A stretch of DNA of 64,000 bases from Syntrophorhabdales bacterium (GTDB lineage: Bacteria; Desulfobacterota; Syntrophorhabdia; Syntrophorhabdales; WCHB1-27), in assembly GCA_049521495.1 (NCBI GenBank), contig JBEKOT010000002.1, forward strand, positions 36,206 to 100,205, in the 5' to 3' direction. A program made the position numbers and the translations under genes. The stretch's first letter is position 1, and each line of letters opens with the position of its first letter. Shown piece by piece: positions 10,208-19,411 of the stretch. The notes beneath the pieces were generated by a model. That model did not search any database. It saw nothing but the letters and a program-made list of their open reading frames with translations, and was not told the DNA's origin.

Positions 10208-11905
10208 ATGTTTGACAAAGATTATTTGAAAAAAATAAGAGAAGAAAAAAAGCGCTGGGAGGAAACGGTCGTCAAAGAGAGGTTGGGTCAGGCTAAAGAG
10301 ATGAAGGATCCCTTCAAGACTGATTCGCAGATTGAGGTTAAGAGGTTGTATACTCCTCTTGACCTTGAAGAAGCCGGATTCGATTACCTGGCTGATTCCG
10401 GTTGGCCGGGCGCTTACCCCTTTGCACGGGGTATTGATCCTGTGATGTATCGTACTGCCCCCTGGGTGATGATGCAGTACAGCGGTTTTGGATCGGCTGA
10501 AGAAACCAATAAACGCTTTAAATACCTGCTTGGCCAGGGTGCTACCTCCTTCTCTATCGCTCTTGACTTGCCGACGCACAAGGCGCTTGATTCCGATGAT
10601 CCGCTTGCCGAAGGCGAGGTGGGGAAGACAGGGGTGCCTATCGACTCTCTTAAATCACTTGAGGCCATCTTTGATGAAATCAAGCTGGATTCAGTGAAAA
10701 TGTTCATCTGCGTTGGCATGTCTACAGGCCCTATTATTCTTCCCCTCTTTCTGTCTCTTGCAGAAAAGTCTGGAGTGCCTCCGAGCAACTTCGGGCTATT
10801 TATGACGAATGAATCTCTCATGGAATTTGCGTGTCGAGGAACTCAATTTACTACACCCGAGGGTCATTTCAGGCTCTCCGCCGACGTCGTTGAATACAGC
10901 GCGAAAAATTGTCCTAACTTCTCTCCCTTGCAGCTTTCCGGCTACCATGCTCGAGAAGCGGGAGCTACGGCAATTCAGGAACTCGCTTTTCCGCTGGCTA
11001 ACTGCATTGCCTATATTGAGGAAATGAGTAGAAGAGGTCTCTCGATTGACGATTATGCTGGAAGCTTTTCATGGTTTCTGTCCTCATCGCTTGATTTCTT
11101 AGAAGAGGTTGCTAAGTTCAGGGCTTTTAGAAAAATATGGGCGAAAATAGCGAGAGATCGCTTCGGGGCCAAGAACGCTAAGACCATGCAGGCAAAGATC
11201 ATGATCTACAGTGGAGGCAGTCATCTTACACGCCGTCAGCCCTACATTAACTTGGCCAGAACCACAATTCAGGCGTTAGCCTCCGTCCTGGGCGGTATTC
11301 AGTTTATGAACCTCTCTTCTTTTGATGAAGCTTATCAAATACCCACCCAGGAAGGCGCAACAATGGCTGTTCGCATTCAGCAGATACTGGCTTTCGAGAC
11401 GGGCGTGACGAAGACGGTGGATCCTCTTGCCGGAAGCTACTACATCGAGACGCTTACAAAGAAGATTGAAAACGGGGTCTACGACTATTTGGGAAAGATC
11501 GAGAAGATGGGGGGAGCAATCAAGGCGATTGAAAAGGGCTTTTACCAGTCCGAGATTGCTGAGCAGGCTTATCGCTATAATCGGGAAATCGAGTCAAAGG
11601 ACCGGATCAAGGTGGCCTTGAACGAGTTTGTTATGGATGAGGACGTTCGAGTTGCGCCTCTCCGATATGACCCGGACGCTGAGAGAAAGACGATTGATGC
11701 CCTTATAAGACTCCGTAAGGAAAGAGACAATGCGAAAGTCGAGAAGTGCTTGGACAATGTGAGGCGTGTTCTCAGAAGCAGCGATAATGCGATACCGGCC
11801 ATTCTAGATGCAGTGAAAGCGTATGCGACGGTTGGCGAACTTGGATCAGTTATTCGAGAAGTCTATGGGAGATATGAAGAAGGAATCACGCGGTTCCAAA
11901 TTTGA
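10208..11905 (+). CDS. B12-dependent acyl-CoA mutase, large (substrate-binding TIM-barrel) subunit
   Basis: 565 aa; [36 protein letters not shown]..., [13 protein letters not shown]. Size and architecture match the IcmA/HcmA/MCM large subunit. Substrate cannot be assigned by eye. Confidence 0.9.
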   Translation: MFDKDYLKKIREEKKRWEETVVKERLGQAKEMKDPFKTDSQIEVKRLYTPLDLEEAGFDYLADSGWPGAYPFARGIDPVMYRTAPWVMMQYSGFGSAEETNKRFKYLLGQGATSFSIALDLPTHKALDSDDPLAEGEVGKTGVPIDSLKSLEAIFDEIKLDSVKMFICVGMSTGPIILPLFLSLAEKSGVPPSNFGLFMTNESLMEFACRGTQFTTPEGHFRLSADVVEYSAKNCPNFSPLQLSGYHAREAGATAIQELAFPLANCIAYIEEMSRRGLSIDDYAGSFSWFLSSSLDFLEEVAKFRAFRKIWAKIARDRFGAKNAKTMQAKIMIYSGGSHLTRRQPYINLARTTIQALASVLGGIQFMNLSSFDEAYQIPTQEGATMAVRIQQILAFETGVTKTVDPLAGSYYIETLTKKIENGVYDYLGKIEKMGGAIKAIEKGFYQSEIAEQAYRYNREIESKDRIKVALNEFVMDEDVRVAPLRYDPDAERKTIDALIRLRKERDNAKVEKCLDNVRRVLRSSDNAIPAILDAVKAYATVGELGSVIREVYGRYEEGITRFQI

Positions 11906-11919
11906 TGAGGAGGACGATC

Positions 11920-12324
11920 ATGGGGAGGGCAATCCGTATATTGATAGCGAAGCCAGGTCTAGATGGCCACGACCGGGGTGCGAAGCTAATCTCCAGAGTG
12001 CTTGTGGAGGCCGGCGTTGAAGTCATCTATACCGGAAAGTTCCAGACCCCTGAGCAGATAGTGGGAGCGGCAATCCAGGAGGGTGTGGATGGCATTGGGC
12101 TCAGCATCCTTTCTGGTTCCCACATGACGATGTTTAGGAAGGTACTTGACCTGCTAAAGCAGAAGAAGGTCGACGATGTCGTAGTGTTTGGGGGAGGCGT
12201 GATAATGCCTGATGATATTCCCCAGTTGCAGCAAATGGGCGTCGACAGAATCTTCCCCCCCGACACGCCCACTTCTCAGATTGTCGATTATGTGAAAGGA
12301 GTCAGGACCCGGAGAAATCGGTAG
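11920..12324 (+). CDS. acyl-CoA mutase small subunit, cobalamin-binding domain
   Basis: [17 protein letters not shown] carries the DxHxxG B12-binding motif, plus [12 protein letters not shown] at 11920 sits behind GAGGAGG; the tracked ORF begins at an upstream TTG at 11902. Confidence 0.9.
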   Translation: MGRAIRILIAKPGLDGHDRGAKLISRVLVEAGVEVIYTGKFQTPEQIVGAAIQEGVDGIGLSILSGSHMTMFRKVLDLLKQKKVDDVVVFGGGVIMPDDIPQLQQMGVDRIFPPDTPTSQIVDYVKGVRTRRNR

Positions 12325-12348
12325 GCAGGAGAGTCGACTTCCACGATT

Positions 12349-13053
12349 ATGCTAAAGATAGATGATTTACATCTCTTCTTCGGAAAGGCCCATATTTTGA
12401 AGGGCACATCGATTTTCGTGGGCGAGAATGAAATTGTATCGATCGTCGGATCGAATGGAGCAGGAAAAACAACGCTTCTCAATGCGATTTCCAGGCTCAT
12501 TCCTCAGAAGTCCGGAACGATTTTTTTCAACGACCTCTGCCTGGACAGAGTCCGCTACACGTCGGTGGTCCGTCTCGGCTTAATCCACGTTCCTGAAGGA
12601 AGGATGATCATACCTTCCCTCACAGTCAGGGAGAACCTTGATCTAGGTGCCTTTCATGAAGCAGCTAGGAAACGCCGCGGTGAGAGCTTGAAAGACGTGT
12701 ATCGATTGTTTCCTGTTCTGGAAGGGAGAAAGAGCCAGGTAGCAGGTACGCTGAGCGGGGGTGAACAACAGATGCTCGCGATAGGAAGAGGTTTGATGTC
12801 TCTACCAAGACTTTTGATGCTCGATGAGCCGACTCTTGGGCTGGGTCCTCTTGTTGTCGGACACATTTTTGACATTATTCGACAGATCAATGCAAAAGGC
12901 GTCGCTATCCTGTTGGTCGAACAAAACGTCAGGAAGGCGTTAAGCATTTCAACGCGCAGTTATGTGATGGAAAATGGGCACGTAACTCTGGAAGGGGCGG
13001 GGAGCGAGTTATTGGAGAATGAACTGATGAGGAAGGCATTTCTGGGGCTCTGA
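12349..13053 (+). CDS. ABC transporter ATP-binding protein, LivF-like (branched-chain amino acid/organic acid family)
   Basis: 234 aa; Walker A GSNGAGKTT, signature LSGGEQQML, Walker B LLMLDEP. Confidence 0.9.
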   Translation: MLKIDDLHLFFGKAHILKGTSIFVGENEIVSIVGSNGAGKTTLLNAISRLIPQKSGTIFFNDLCLDRVRYTSVVRLGLIHVPEGRMIIPSLTVRENLDLGAFHEAARKRRGESLKDVYRLFPVLEGRKSQVAGTLSGGEQQMLAIGRGLMSLPRLLMLDEPTLGLGPLVVGHIFDIIRQINAKGVAILLVEQNVRKALSISTRSYVMENGHVTLEGAGSELLENELMRKAFLGL

Positions 13054-13125
13054 GTAAGATTTGGACAAACAGCGGGCGGGTTCTTAGGCAAGGGGGTTTG
13101 GAGTCAATCAAAGAAAGGAGGAGTT

Positions 13126-14397
13126 ATGGGAAAAAGAAGCAGAAAGACCAATAGAAGTTTCGTACTGGTATCCATTCTTGTCGGTGTATGTCTATTGCTC
13201 TCAGCGTCAACCCCGATCCTCGCACAGAATCAGCCAAAGGAGATAAAGATTGGGATACTTTATTGCATGACCGGGCCTCTTGCATCGATTGCTCGTCTTT
13301 GTGTCAATGGGCATGAGATGGCGGCGGAAGAGATCAATGCGAAGGGGGGAATTAAGTCTCTCGGAGGAGCCAAGATCAAATTTGTGGTGGGCGATACCGA
13401 AAGCAAGCCCCAGGTAGCGATGTCGGCCGCTGAAAAGCTTATCACAAAGGATAACGTCGTTGCACTGCTTGGCCCGTATTCGAGCGGCATCGCCTTTCCA
13501 TCAACCCAAATCTCCGAAAAATACAAGTGTCCAAACATCCTGTCCGGCCCTGTTGCCAACCAGATCACCGAACGCGGCTTCAAGTATATCTTTCGCACGG
13601 TCTATAACGCGACTACAAATGCTCGGGTAGCTCTCGATTTTGTAAAATGGGTCGGGGACAAGACCGGGCAAAGGCCGAAAAGAGTCGCGATCCTTCACGA
13701 AGATACCCTTTTCGGGCAATCGACAGCGAAGTCGTGGAAGGAAATGTTGCCCAAGTACGGTCTTGAGCTCGTCGCGGAACTCCCTTATCAGAAGACGACC
13801 CAAGACCTCTCAACGACGATAATGAAGTTAAAGGCAGCAAAGCCAGATCTGGTTCTCCAGGTTTCTTACACCAATGACGCAATCCTCGTAACTCGAACGA
13901 TGTACGACCTCGATTTCAACTGTATGGGAAGAATTCCTTCCGGGGGAGGGCATATAGACCCGGCTTTCGCCAAGGCTGTGGGCAAGCTGGCTGACGATCT
14001 TATTGTCAATCACCATTACCATCCCTCTTTCAAGGGACCGAAAAACAAGAACCAAATTGCTAACGAGAAATATAAGAAGAAGTACGGGATTGACATGGAC
14101 GACTATAGCGGACCGGCCTATGACGCCACTTGGGTGCTTGCGGATGCGCTGGAAAGAGCGGGCTCAATGGACAGACAAAAGGTGAGAGACGCCATCGCAG
14201 CCACAGACATCAATTGGAATAATTCGCCGGTGCTGAGGCCATTCCAGTACAAATTTGATGCGACCGGGCAGGCGCCAGCAACGGGTGTCTTCACACAGTT
14301 TCGAGATGGCAAAATGCAGGTGATCTGGCCTGAGGAATATGCTTCTGCGAAGGTTGTATGGCCGATGCGGACGTGGAAAGAGAGAGGCCTCAGGTAA
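13126..14397 (+). CDS. ABC transporter periplasmic substrate-binding protein (type I PBP, LivK/Amino-acid-binding-like), secreted
   Basis: 423 aa; N-terminal signal peptide/TM (FVLVSILVGVCLLLSASTPILA); IKIGILYCMTGPLA... is typical of the Leu/Ile/Val-binding family. Confidence 0.85.
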   Translation: MGKRSRKTNRSFVLVSILVGVCLLLSASTPILAQNQPKEIKIGILYCMTGPLASIARLCVNGHEMAAEEINAKGGIKSLGGAKIKFVVGDTESKPQVAMSAAEKLITKDNVVALLGPYSSGIAFPSTQISEKYKCPNILSGPVANQITERGFKYIFRTVYNATTNARVALDFVKWVGDKTGQRPKRVAILHEDTLFGQSTAKSWKEMLPKYGLELVAELPYQKTTQDLSTTIMKLKAAKPDLVLQVSYTNDAILVTRTMYDLDFNCMGRIPSGGGHIDPAFAKAVGKLADDLIVNHHYHPSFKGPKNKNQIANEKYKKKYGIDMDDYSGPAYDATWVLADALERAGSMDRQKVRDAIAATDINWNNSPVLRPFQYKFDATGQAPATGVFTQFRDGKMQVIWPEEYASAKVVWPMRTWKERGLR

Positions 14398-14409
14398 GCA
14401 AAAAGGGTA

Positions 14410-14448
14410 GGCTGGAAGGAAGCGCCTGCTCCCTTCCAGCCGATTTTA
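14410..14448 (+). terminator. intra-operon hairpin (attenuator/partial terminator) after the binding-protein gene
   Basis: GGCTGGAAGG-12 nt-CCTTCCAGCC is a perfect 10-bp stem followed by GATTTTAT. It sits between the SBP stop and the permease start. Confidence 0.5.
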
Positions 14449-14469
14449 TAAGAGGAAGATTTCGAAAGC

Positions 14470-15342
14470 ATGGATAGCACATTCTTAGGGCAGGTGATCG
14501 TAAGTGGTTTTCTTACCGGAGGACTCTATGCCTTGGTGGCCGTCGGGCTCACCATGATTTTTGGAGTCCTCAAGATCATCAATTTTGCCCATGGGGAATT
14601 CCTGATGCTGGGAATGTATCTTAGCTTCTTCTTGACAACCTATCTGCATCTGGATCCCTACATCAGTCTTCTGGTAATTATTCCTGTCTTCTTTCTCTTC
14701 GGTGCCTTCGTTCAATATGGGTTGATCAACCGGATACTTTCGTCGACGTCAGATATACACATACTCTTTACGCTTGGCCTTTCCATGTTCCTTCAAAATG
14801 CCATGCTCTTCATATTTGGTCCGTACATGAGAAGCATCCAGACAAGCTACCTGAAGAAGGTCTACACTCTAGGCTCTTTGAATATCAACAGCACCCGCTT
14901 AATTGCCTTCATCTTTGCTCTGGTTATTACGGCAATTCTGTACCTATTTCTTAAAGAAAGCAATATAGGGAGGGCAATAAGGGCATGTGCTGATGAGAGA
15001 AAAGGCGCCAGGGTAGTCGGGATAGACATAGAGAGAATGTATCTTATTGCCTTTGGCATAGGTACCGCTTGTGCGGGGGCAGCAGGAGGACTCCTCATGC
15101 CATTTTGCTATGCTGACCCCCATGTTGGAACAACATTCATATTGGTCGCTTTTGTCGTTGTCGTTTTGGGTGGTATCGGTAACTTCATGGGCGCACTGAT
15201 AGGCGGTTTCATCATAGGATTTGCCGAGGCCTTTGGCTCCGTTGTCCTTCCCGATTCGCTGAAACAGGTCGTCACCTTCGGGATTCTGGTGCTGATTCTT
15301 TTTTTCAGGCCTACTGGTTTATTCGGAAAGGGAAGAGCATGA
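14470..15342 (+). CDS. ABC transporter permease, LivH-like
   Basis: 290 aa polytopic membrane protein. INFAHGEF motif near the N-terminus is typical of LivH. Confidence 0.9.
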   Translation: MDSTFLGQVIVSGFLTGGLYALVAVGLTMIFGVLKIINFAHGEFLMLGMYLSFFLTTYLHLDPYISLLVIIPVFFLFGAFVQYGLINRILSSTSDIHILFTLGLSMFLQNAMLFIFGPYMRSIQTSYLKKVYTLGSLNINSTRLIAFIFALVITAILYLFLKESNIGRAIRACADERKGARVVGIDIERMYLIAFGIGTACAGAAGGLLMPFCYADPHVGTTFILVAFVVVVLGGIGNFMGALIGGFIIGFAEAFGSVVLPDSLKQVVTFGILVLILFFRPTGLFGKGRA

Positions 15343-16364
15343 TGAAAAGTGTTGTCAGAAGCAGATCTTCTCTCGTTTTGGTTGCTCTCGGAATTGTTTG
15401 TCTCTTCCTGCCTGCAATCCTGGGCGAATACTTGATACATGTGATGATCCTGATCTTTTTCTATGCATATCTCGGGCAGTGCTGGAATATTCTTGGCGGC
15501 TATGCAGGACAACTTTCTATCGGCCATGCCGCATATTATGGGATCGGAGCTTATACTTCAACTCTTTTGTTTACACACCTCGGCCTCACGCCTTGGCTCG
15601 GCATGATTGCAGGGGGTGTGGCGGCAATGATGCTTGGCCTCTTTACCGGGTATCTTTGTTTCCGTTTCGGTCTCAAGGGACCTTACTTTGCACTGGCTAC
15701 TCTGGGCTTTGCCGAAATACTTCGGCTGATTTGTCTCAATATGACATCAATCGGGGGCGCACAGGGTATCCTAATCCCTCTTCTCGGCCAGGACTTCTTG
15801 AAGTTTCAATTTATGGAGCGAAAGTTCTTTTACTATATAGTCTTCGGAATGCTGATACTCTCGATCGCCGTTGTAACGAGAATTGAGAAAAGCAGAATGG
15901 GCTACTATTTCAGAGCCCTGCATCAGAATGAGGATGCGGCAGAAGCGCTTGGTATTGATATTACCCGCTACAAACTGATCGCGGTTGGCCTGAGCTCCTT
16001 CCTTACCGCCCTCGGCGGTACCTTCTATGCTCAGTATACGATGTATATTGAACCTGAAATCATGTTCGGTTCCTTCACATCCGTAGATATTCTTCTCAGA
16101 ACCATCATCGGGGGCGCGGGGACCGTGTACGGCCCCGTCATAGGTTCGTTTATCCTGACGCCTGTGTCGGAAATAATGCGTAATGTCGTGGGAGGCGGCA
16201 AATCGGGGATCAATATAATGGTCTTCGGTATTATTGTCATGCTTATCTGTATTTTCATGCAAAAGGGGATATTGCCCTGGTTGAAAGCCAGGGTGAGCAA
16301 TTATTTCGGCAGCGAAAACGAGGACAGCGCTTCCGAATATGTTATCAAGGAGGGGACATCATGA
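15339..16364 (+). CDS. ABC transporter permease, LivM-like
   Basis: 341 aa polytopic membrane protein; GQLSIGHAAYYGIGAY motif; ATGA overlap with the upstream permease. Confidence 0.9.
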   Translation: MMKSVVRSRSSLVLVALGIVCLFLPAILGEYLIHVMILIFFYAYLGQCWNILGGYAGQLSIGHAAYYGIGAYTSTLLFTHLGLTPWLGMIAGGVAAMMLGLFTGYLCFRFGLKGPYFALATLGFAEILRLICLNMTSIGGAQGILIPLLGQDFLKFQFMERKFFYYIVFGMLILSIAVVTRIEKSRMGYYFRALHQNEDAAEALGIDITRYKLIAVGLSSFLTALGGTFYAQYTMYIEPEIMFGSFTSVDILLRTIIGGAGTVYGPVIGSFILTPVSEIMRNVVGGGKSGINIMVFGIIVMLICIFMQKGILPWLKARVSNYFGSENEDSASEYVIKEGTS

Positions 16365-17530
16365 AACAGAAGAGGGTTGCTATTGTGGCAGCGGGTATAA
16401 CTCGCTTTGGAAATCGTCAGGCAACATTCAGAGACTTGATCGCTGAAGCCGGAAAGGCGACTTTCGACAACAACAAGAATATCAAGCCAAAGGACTTGCA
16501 ATCGTTTATTCTTTCGGCCGTGTATCCCGAAAGAGCCGCCTTTCAGGGACACCCCGCCCCGCTTGCGGCAGAGTGGTGCGGAGTAAGACCGTCGGAATTT
16601 CACTGTCGGGTAGAAAATCAATGTGGTAGTGGAACAACAGCGATTAGAACAGCGTATTGTGTGATCCTGTCAGGGCTTACTGATATGGTCATGGTCGTGG
16701 GTGCAGAGAAGGTCATGGTCCCTTCCCATGGAGAGATATTTCTCAACGCGATGGCCGGCTGTGACCGCGAGTGGGAAGGGTGCTTCGGTGTAACACCCCC
16801 TCCCCTTTTTGCCATGGTGGCCCAAGCACACATGAAAAAGTACGGGACGACGGAAGAGCAACTCGCCCTAGTTTCAGTAAAGAACCATAATCATTCTGTC
16901 AACAACCCCTATGCACATCACCAGAAGGGCGCGAGTCTCGAGCAGGTGATGAAGTCCAGGCCAATCGCGAAACCCCTCAAGCTCTTTGATTGTTCAACCA
17001 ATACTGACGGGGCGGCTGGTGTTATTTTGACAACGGAGGAGAGGGCCAGGGATTACACCGATAAGCCTATCTATATACTTGGTACGGCGCAAATAAATGA
17101 CGGATATCCGTGGGTGAACTACCCAAAGGACTGGTCGAGTTGGCCGGCACTCAAGATTGCCGCCCAAAAGGCTTACGACATGGCAGGCATAAGCCCGATG
17201 GATATTGACGTAGCGGAGGTACACGATTGTTTCACCATTTCGGAAATAATTGAATGCGAAGAGCTGGGTTTCTGCGAGAAAGGCCAGGGTGGCAGGTTTG
17301 TGCAGGAAGGGCTGTCGGATCATGGCGGCCAGGTGGTGGTGAATCCAAGCGGTGGGTTGATCGCTTGCGGACACCCGTTCGGTGCGACAGGTGTGCGCCA
17401 GGCATGGGAAGCCTTTATTCAGCTGAGAGGAGAAGCAGGAGTGCGGCAGGTCAAAGATGCCAAGATTGCACTGGGACACAACCTGAGCGGCTTGGGTGAG
17501 CATCATATCCTGATATATGGGAGGAACTAA
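16361..17530 (+). CDS. thiolase-domain protein (SCP-x/BbsB-like non-canonical thiolase)
   Basis: 389 aa; VAIVAAGITRFG, ENQCGSGTTAI (active-site Cys region), NPSGGLIACGHPFGATG. ATGA overlap with the upstream permease gene. Confidence 0.85.
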   Translation: MKQKRVAIVAAGITRFGNRQATFRDLIAEAGKATFDNNKNIKPKDLQSFILSAVYPERAAFQGHPAPLAAEWCGVRPSEFHCRVENQCGSGTTAIRTAYCVILSGLTDMVMVVGAEKVMVPSHGEIFLNAMAGCDREWEGCFGVTPPPLFAMVAQAHMKKYGTTEEQLALVSVKNHNHSVNNPYAHHQKGASLEQVMKSRPIAKPLKLFDCSTNTDGAAGVILTTEERARDYTDKPIYILGTAQINDGYPWVNYPKDWSSWPALKIAAQKAYDMAGISPMDIDVAEVHDCFTISEIIECEELGFCEKGQGGRFVQEGLSDHGGQVVVNPSGGLIACGHPFGATGVRQAWEAFIQLRGEAGVRQVKDAKIALGHNLSGLGEHHILIYGRN

Positions 17531-17991
17531 TGGCAACTACAGACAAGAAATATAATTACATTATACACCCTGATGTTTATATTACCGATCCCGTACCTTT
17601 GCAGACCCCGGATCAAAACCGTGTTTATACTTTCTACGACAACCTGCGTGAAGGGCGCCTGACCACCACCCGCTGTAAAGAGTGCGGCTGCATCGCGTGG
17701 CCTCCCCGTGTTGTCTGTTTCGAATGCATGTCGGACCAGCTTGAGTGGGTGGACTTCCCCGACCCGGGGAGGATCTATGCCTTCACGGTGCAGGAGAACG
17801 GAAATCCCCCCGGTTTTCCTGTACCCACTATCTATGCATTGATAGACTTTGATAATGGGAAGAGAATCATTTCTCCAATTGTCGATTGCGATCCGAGTGA
17901 GGTGACCGTCGGAGCGGAAGTGGCACTCAAGGTTGTGCCGGCTCCCAAGGACCGGGTGCTCTTCTTCTTCACACTGAAAGATAAGAAGTAG
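17530..17991 (+). CDS. DUF35 Zn-ribbon/OB-fold protein (thiolase partner, BbsA-like)
   Basis: 153 aa; CKECGCIAWPPRVVCFEC zinc ribbon followed by an OB-fold-sized segment. TAATG overlap with the thiolase gene. Confidence 0.8.
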   Translation: MATTDKKYNYIIHPDVYITDPVPLQTPDQNRVYTFYDNLREGRLTTTRCKECGCIAWPPRVVCFECMSDQLEWVDFPDPGRIYAFTVQENGNPPGFPVPTIYALIDFDNGKRIISPIVDCDPSEVTVGAEVALKVVPAPKDRVLFFFTLKDKK

Positions 17992-18005
17992 GCAGGCCGA
18001 GGAAG

Positions 18006-18731
18006 ATGCCGATTCTCGATGTAAGAGGAATCTCAAAAGCGTTTGGCGGCCTTCTGGCCGTAAACGATACATCTTTCTACGTTAACGAAGGGGAAATAGT
18101 GGGGTTGATCGGCCCCAACGGCGCCGGGAAGACAACGGTCTTTCACCTTATCTCTGGGTACTATCGCCCTGACAGAGGCGCTGTATTTTTTGAGGAACAG
18201 GATATTACAGGGAAGAGGCCGAGCAAAATTTGCAAGCTCGGCCTCACCAGAACGTTCCAGAAGGTGCAGCCTTTTCCCACGATGACGGTGCTTGAGAATG
18301 TGCTGGTCGGTTGTCTCGGAAGATTTGGTAGAATAAGAGACGCAAGGGTAAAGGCATTGGAAGTCCTGGAGATTACCGAACTGGTGAAGATCAAGGATCG
18401 AATGGGTGAAAGCCTTACTCTTGGGCAATGGAAGTTGCTCGAGATTGCCAAAGCTCTCGCAACTGACCCTTCTCTCTTGCTTTTAGATGAGGTCCTTGCA
18501 GGAATGAATGGAGCCGAGGTAATGGAAGCGTTGATTCTTATTAGACAAATTAAAGATAGAGGGGTTACAATACTGATGGTGGAGCATGTGATGCAGGCAA
18601 TAATGGCGCTTTCGGATCGAATTGTTGTTCTGGCAAATGGGGCGAAGATAGCGGAAGGCTCACCACAGGATGTGACTCAGAATGAACATGTTATTAAAGC
18701 CTATCTTGGCGATGACTTTTTGACGATGTAA
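18006..18731 (+). CDS. ABC transporter ATP-binding protein, LivG-like
   Basis: 241 aa; FGGLLAVNDTSF, Walker A GPNGAGKTT, Walker B LLLLDE. Confidence 0.9.
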   Translation: MPILDVRGISKAFGGLLAVNDTSFYVNEGEIVGLIGPNGAGKTTVFHLISGYYRPDRGAVFFEEQDITGKRPSKICKLGLTRTFQKVQPFPTMTVLENVLVGCLGRFGRIRDARVKALEVLEITELVKIKDRMGESLTLGQWKLLEIAKALATDPSLLLLDEVLAGMNGAEVMEALILIRQIKDRGVTILMVEHVMQAIMALSDRIVVLANGAKIAEGSPQDVTQNEHVIKAYLGDDFLTM

Positions 18732-18750
18732 AAGAAACAAAGGAGATGGT

Positions 18751-19287
18751 GTGAAGATCGGAGAAAAGATCAGAAAGGAAAGGAAACTTGCCCAACTTAC
18801 GATCGAAACACTTGCACAGAAGATAGGTGTCAGCAAAATGACTGTGCAGCGCATTGAGACTGGAAAGACTTCCCCGTCCATTGCAGTGCTCGGGGATATT
18901 GCGCAGACCCTTCGAAAACCCATCACAACTCTTATCAATGAGAGCGAGAGCAGCGGGTATATAAAGATTGTCAGAATGAAAGAACAATTTGTGCTTGCTG
19001 GTGACAAGCTAACCTCGAGAATTCTCTGTCCGCGCGGGTCTCTTAGCATACCAGAGAGCGAAAGCATGGCGGTCTATTATGTTGAGGTCAAAGAGGGAAC
19101 GGAACTGGAGGGCCACAGAAATAAGGGATATGAATGGGTCTTTCAACTGAGCGGGACGACGGAGTTCAGTTATCACAAGAAGAAGTATATATGCAATGAA
19201 GGTGACGTGTTTTTCTACGATGGAACAAGAGTTCACTCAGCCAGATATCTAGGGGACAACAAATTTTTCCTTATTTCTTTTAAATAA
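18751..19287 (+). CDS. XRE-family HTH plus cupin-domain transcriptional regulator
   Basis: 178 aa, GTG start. N-terminus IGEKIRKERKLAQLTIETLAQKIGVSKMTVQRIETGK (HTH_3); C-terminal GHRNKGYEWVFQLSG...GDVFFYDG...H (cupin). Confidence 0.85.
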   Translation: MKIGEKIRKERKLAQLTIETLAQKIGVSKMTVQRIETGKTSPSIAVLGDIAQTLRKPITTLINESESSGYIKIVRMKEQFVLAGDKLTSRILCPRGSLSIPESESMAVYYVEVKEGTELEGHRNKGYEWVFQLSGTTEFSYHKKKYICNEGDVFFYDGTRVHSARYLGDNKFFLISFK

Positions 19288-19411
19288 GGGTTCGGTCCGG
19301 AATTCTGTGTTTGTTGGCCTTACCCTTTGGAACGGAACAAAGCATCCGCGTAATACGATCACGTAACGGTTTATGCTCGATCGAGTCAATCTGCAGGGAG
19401 GAGAAATCGAC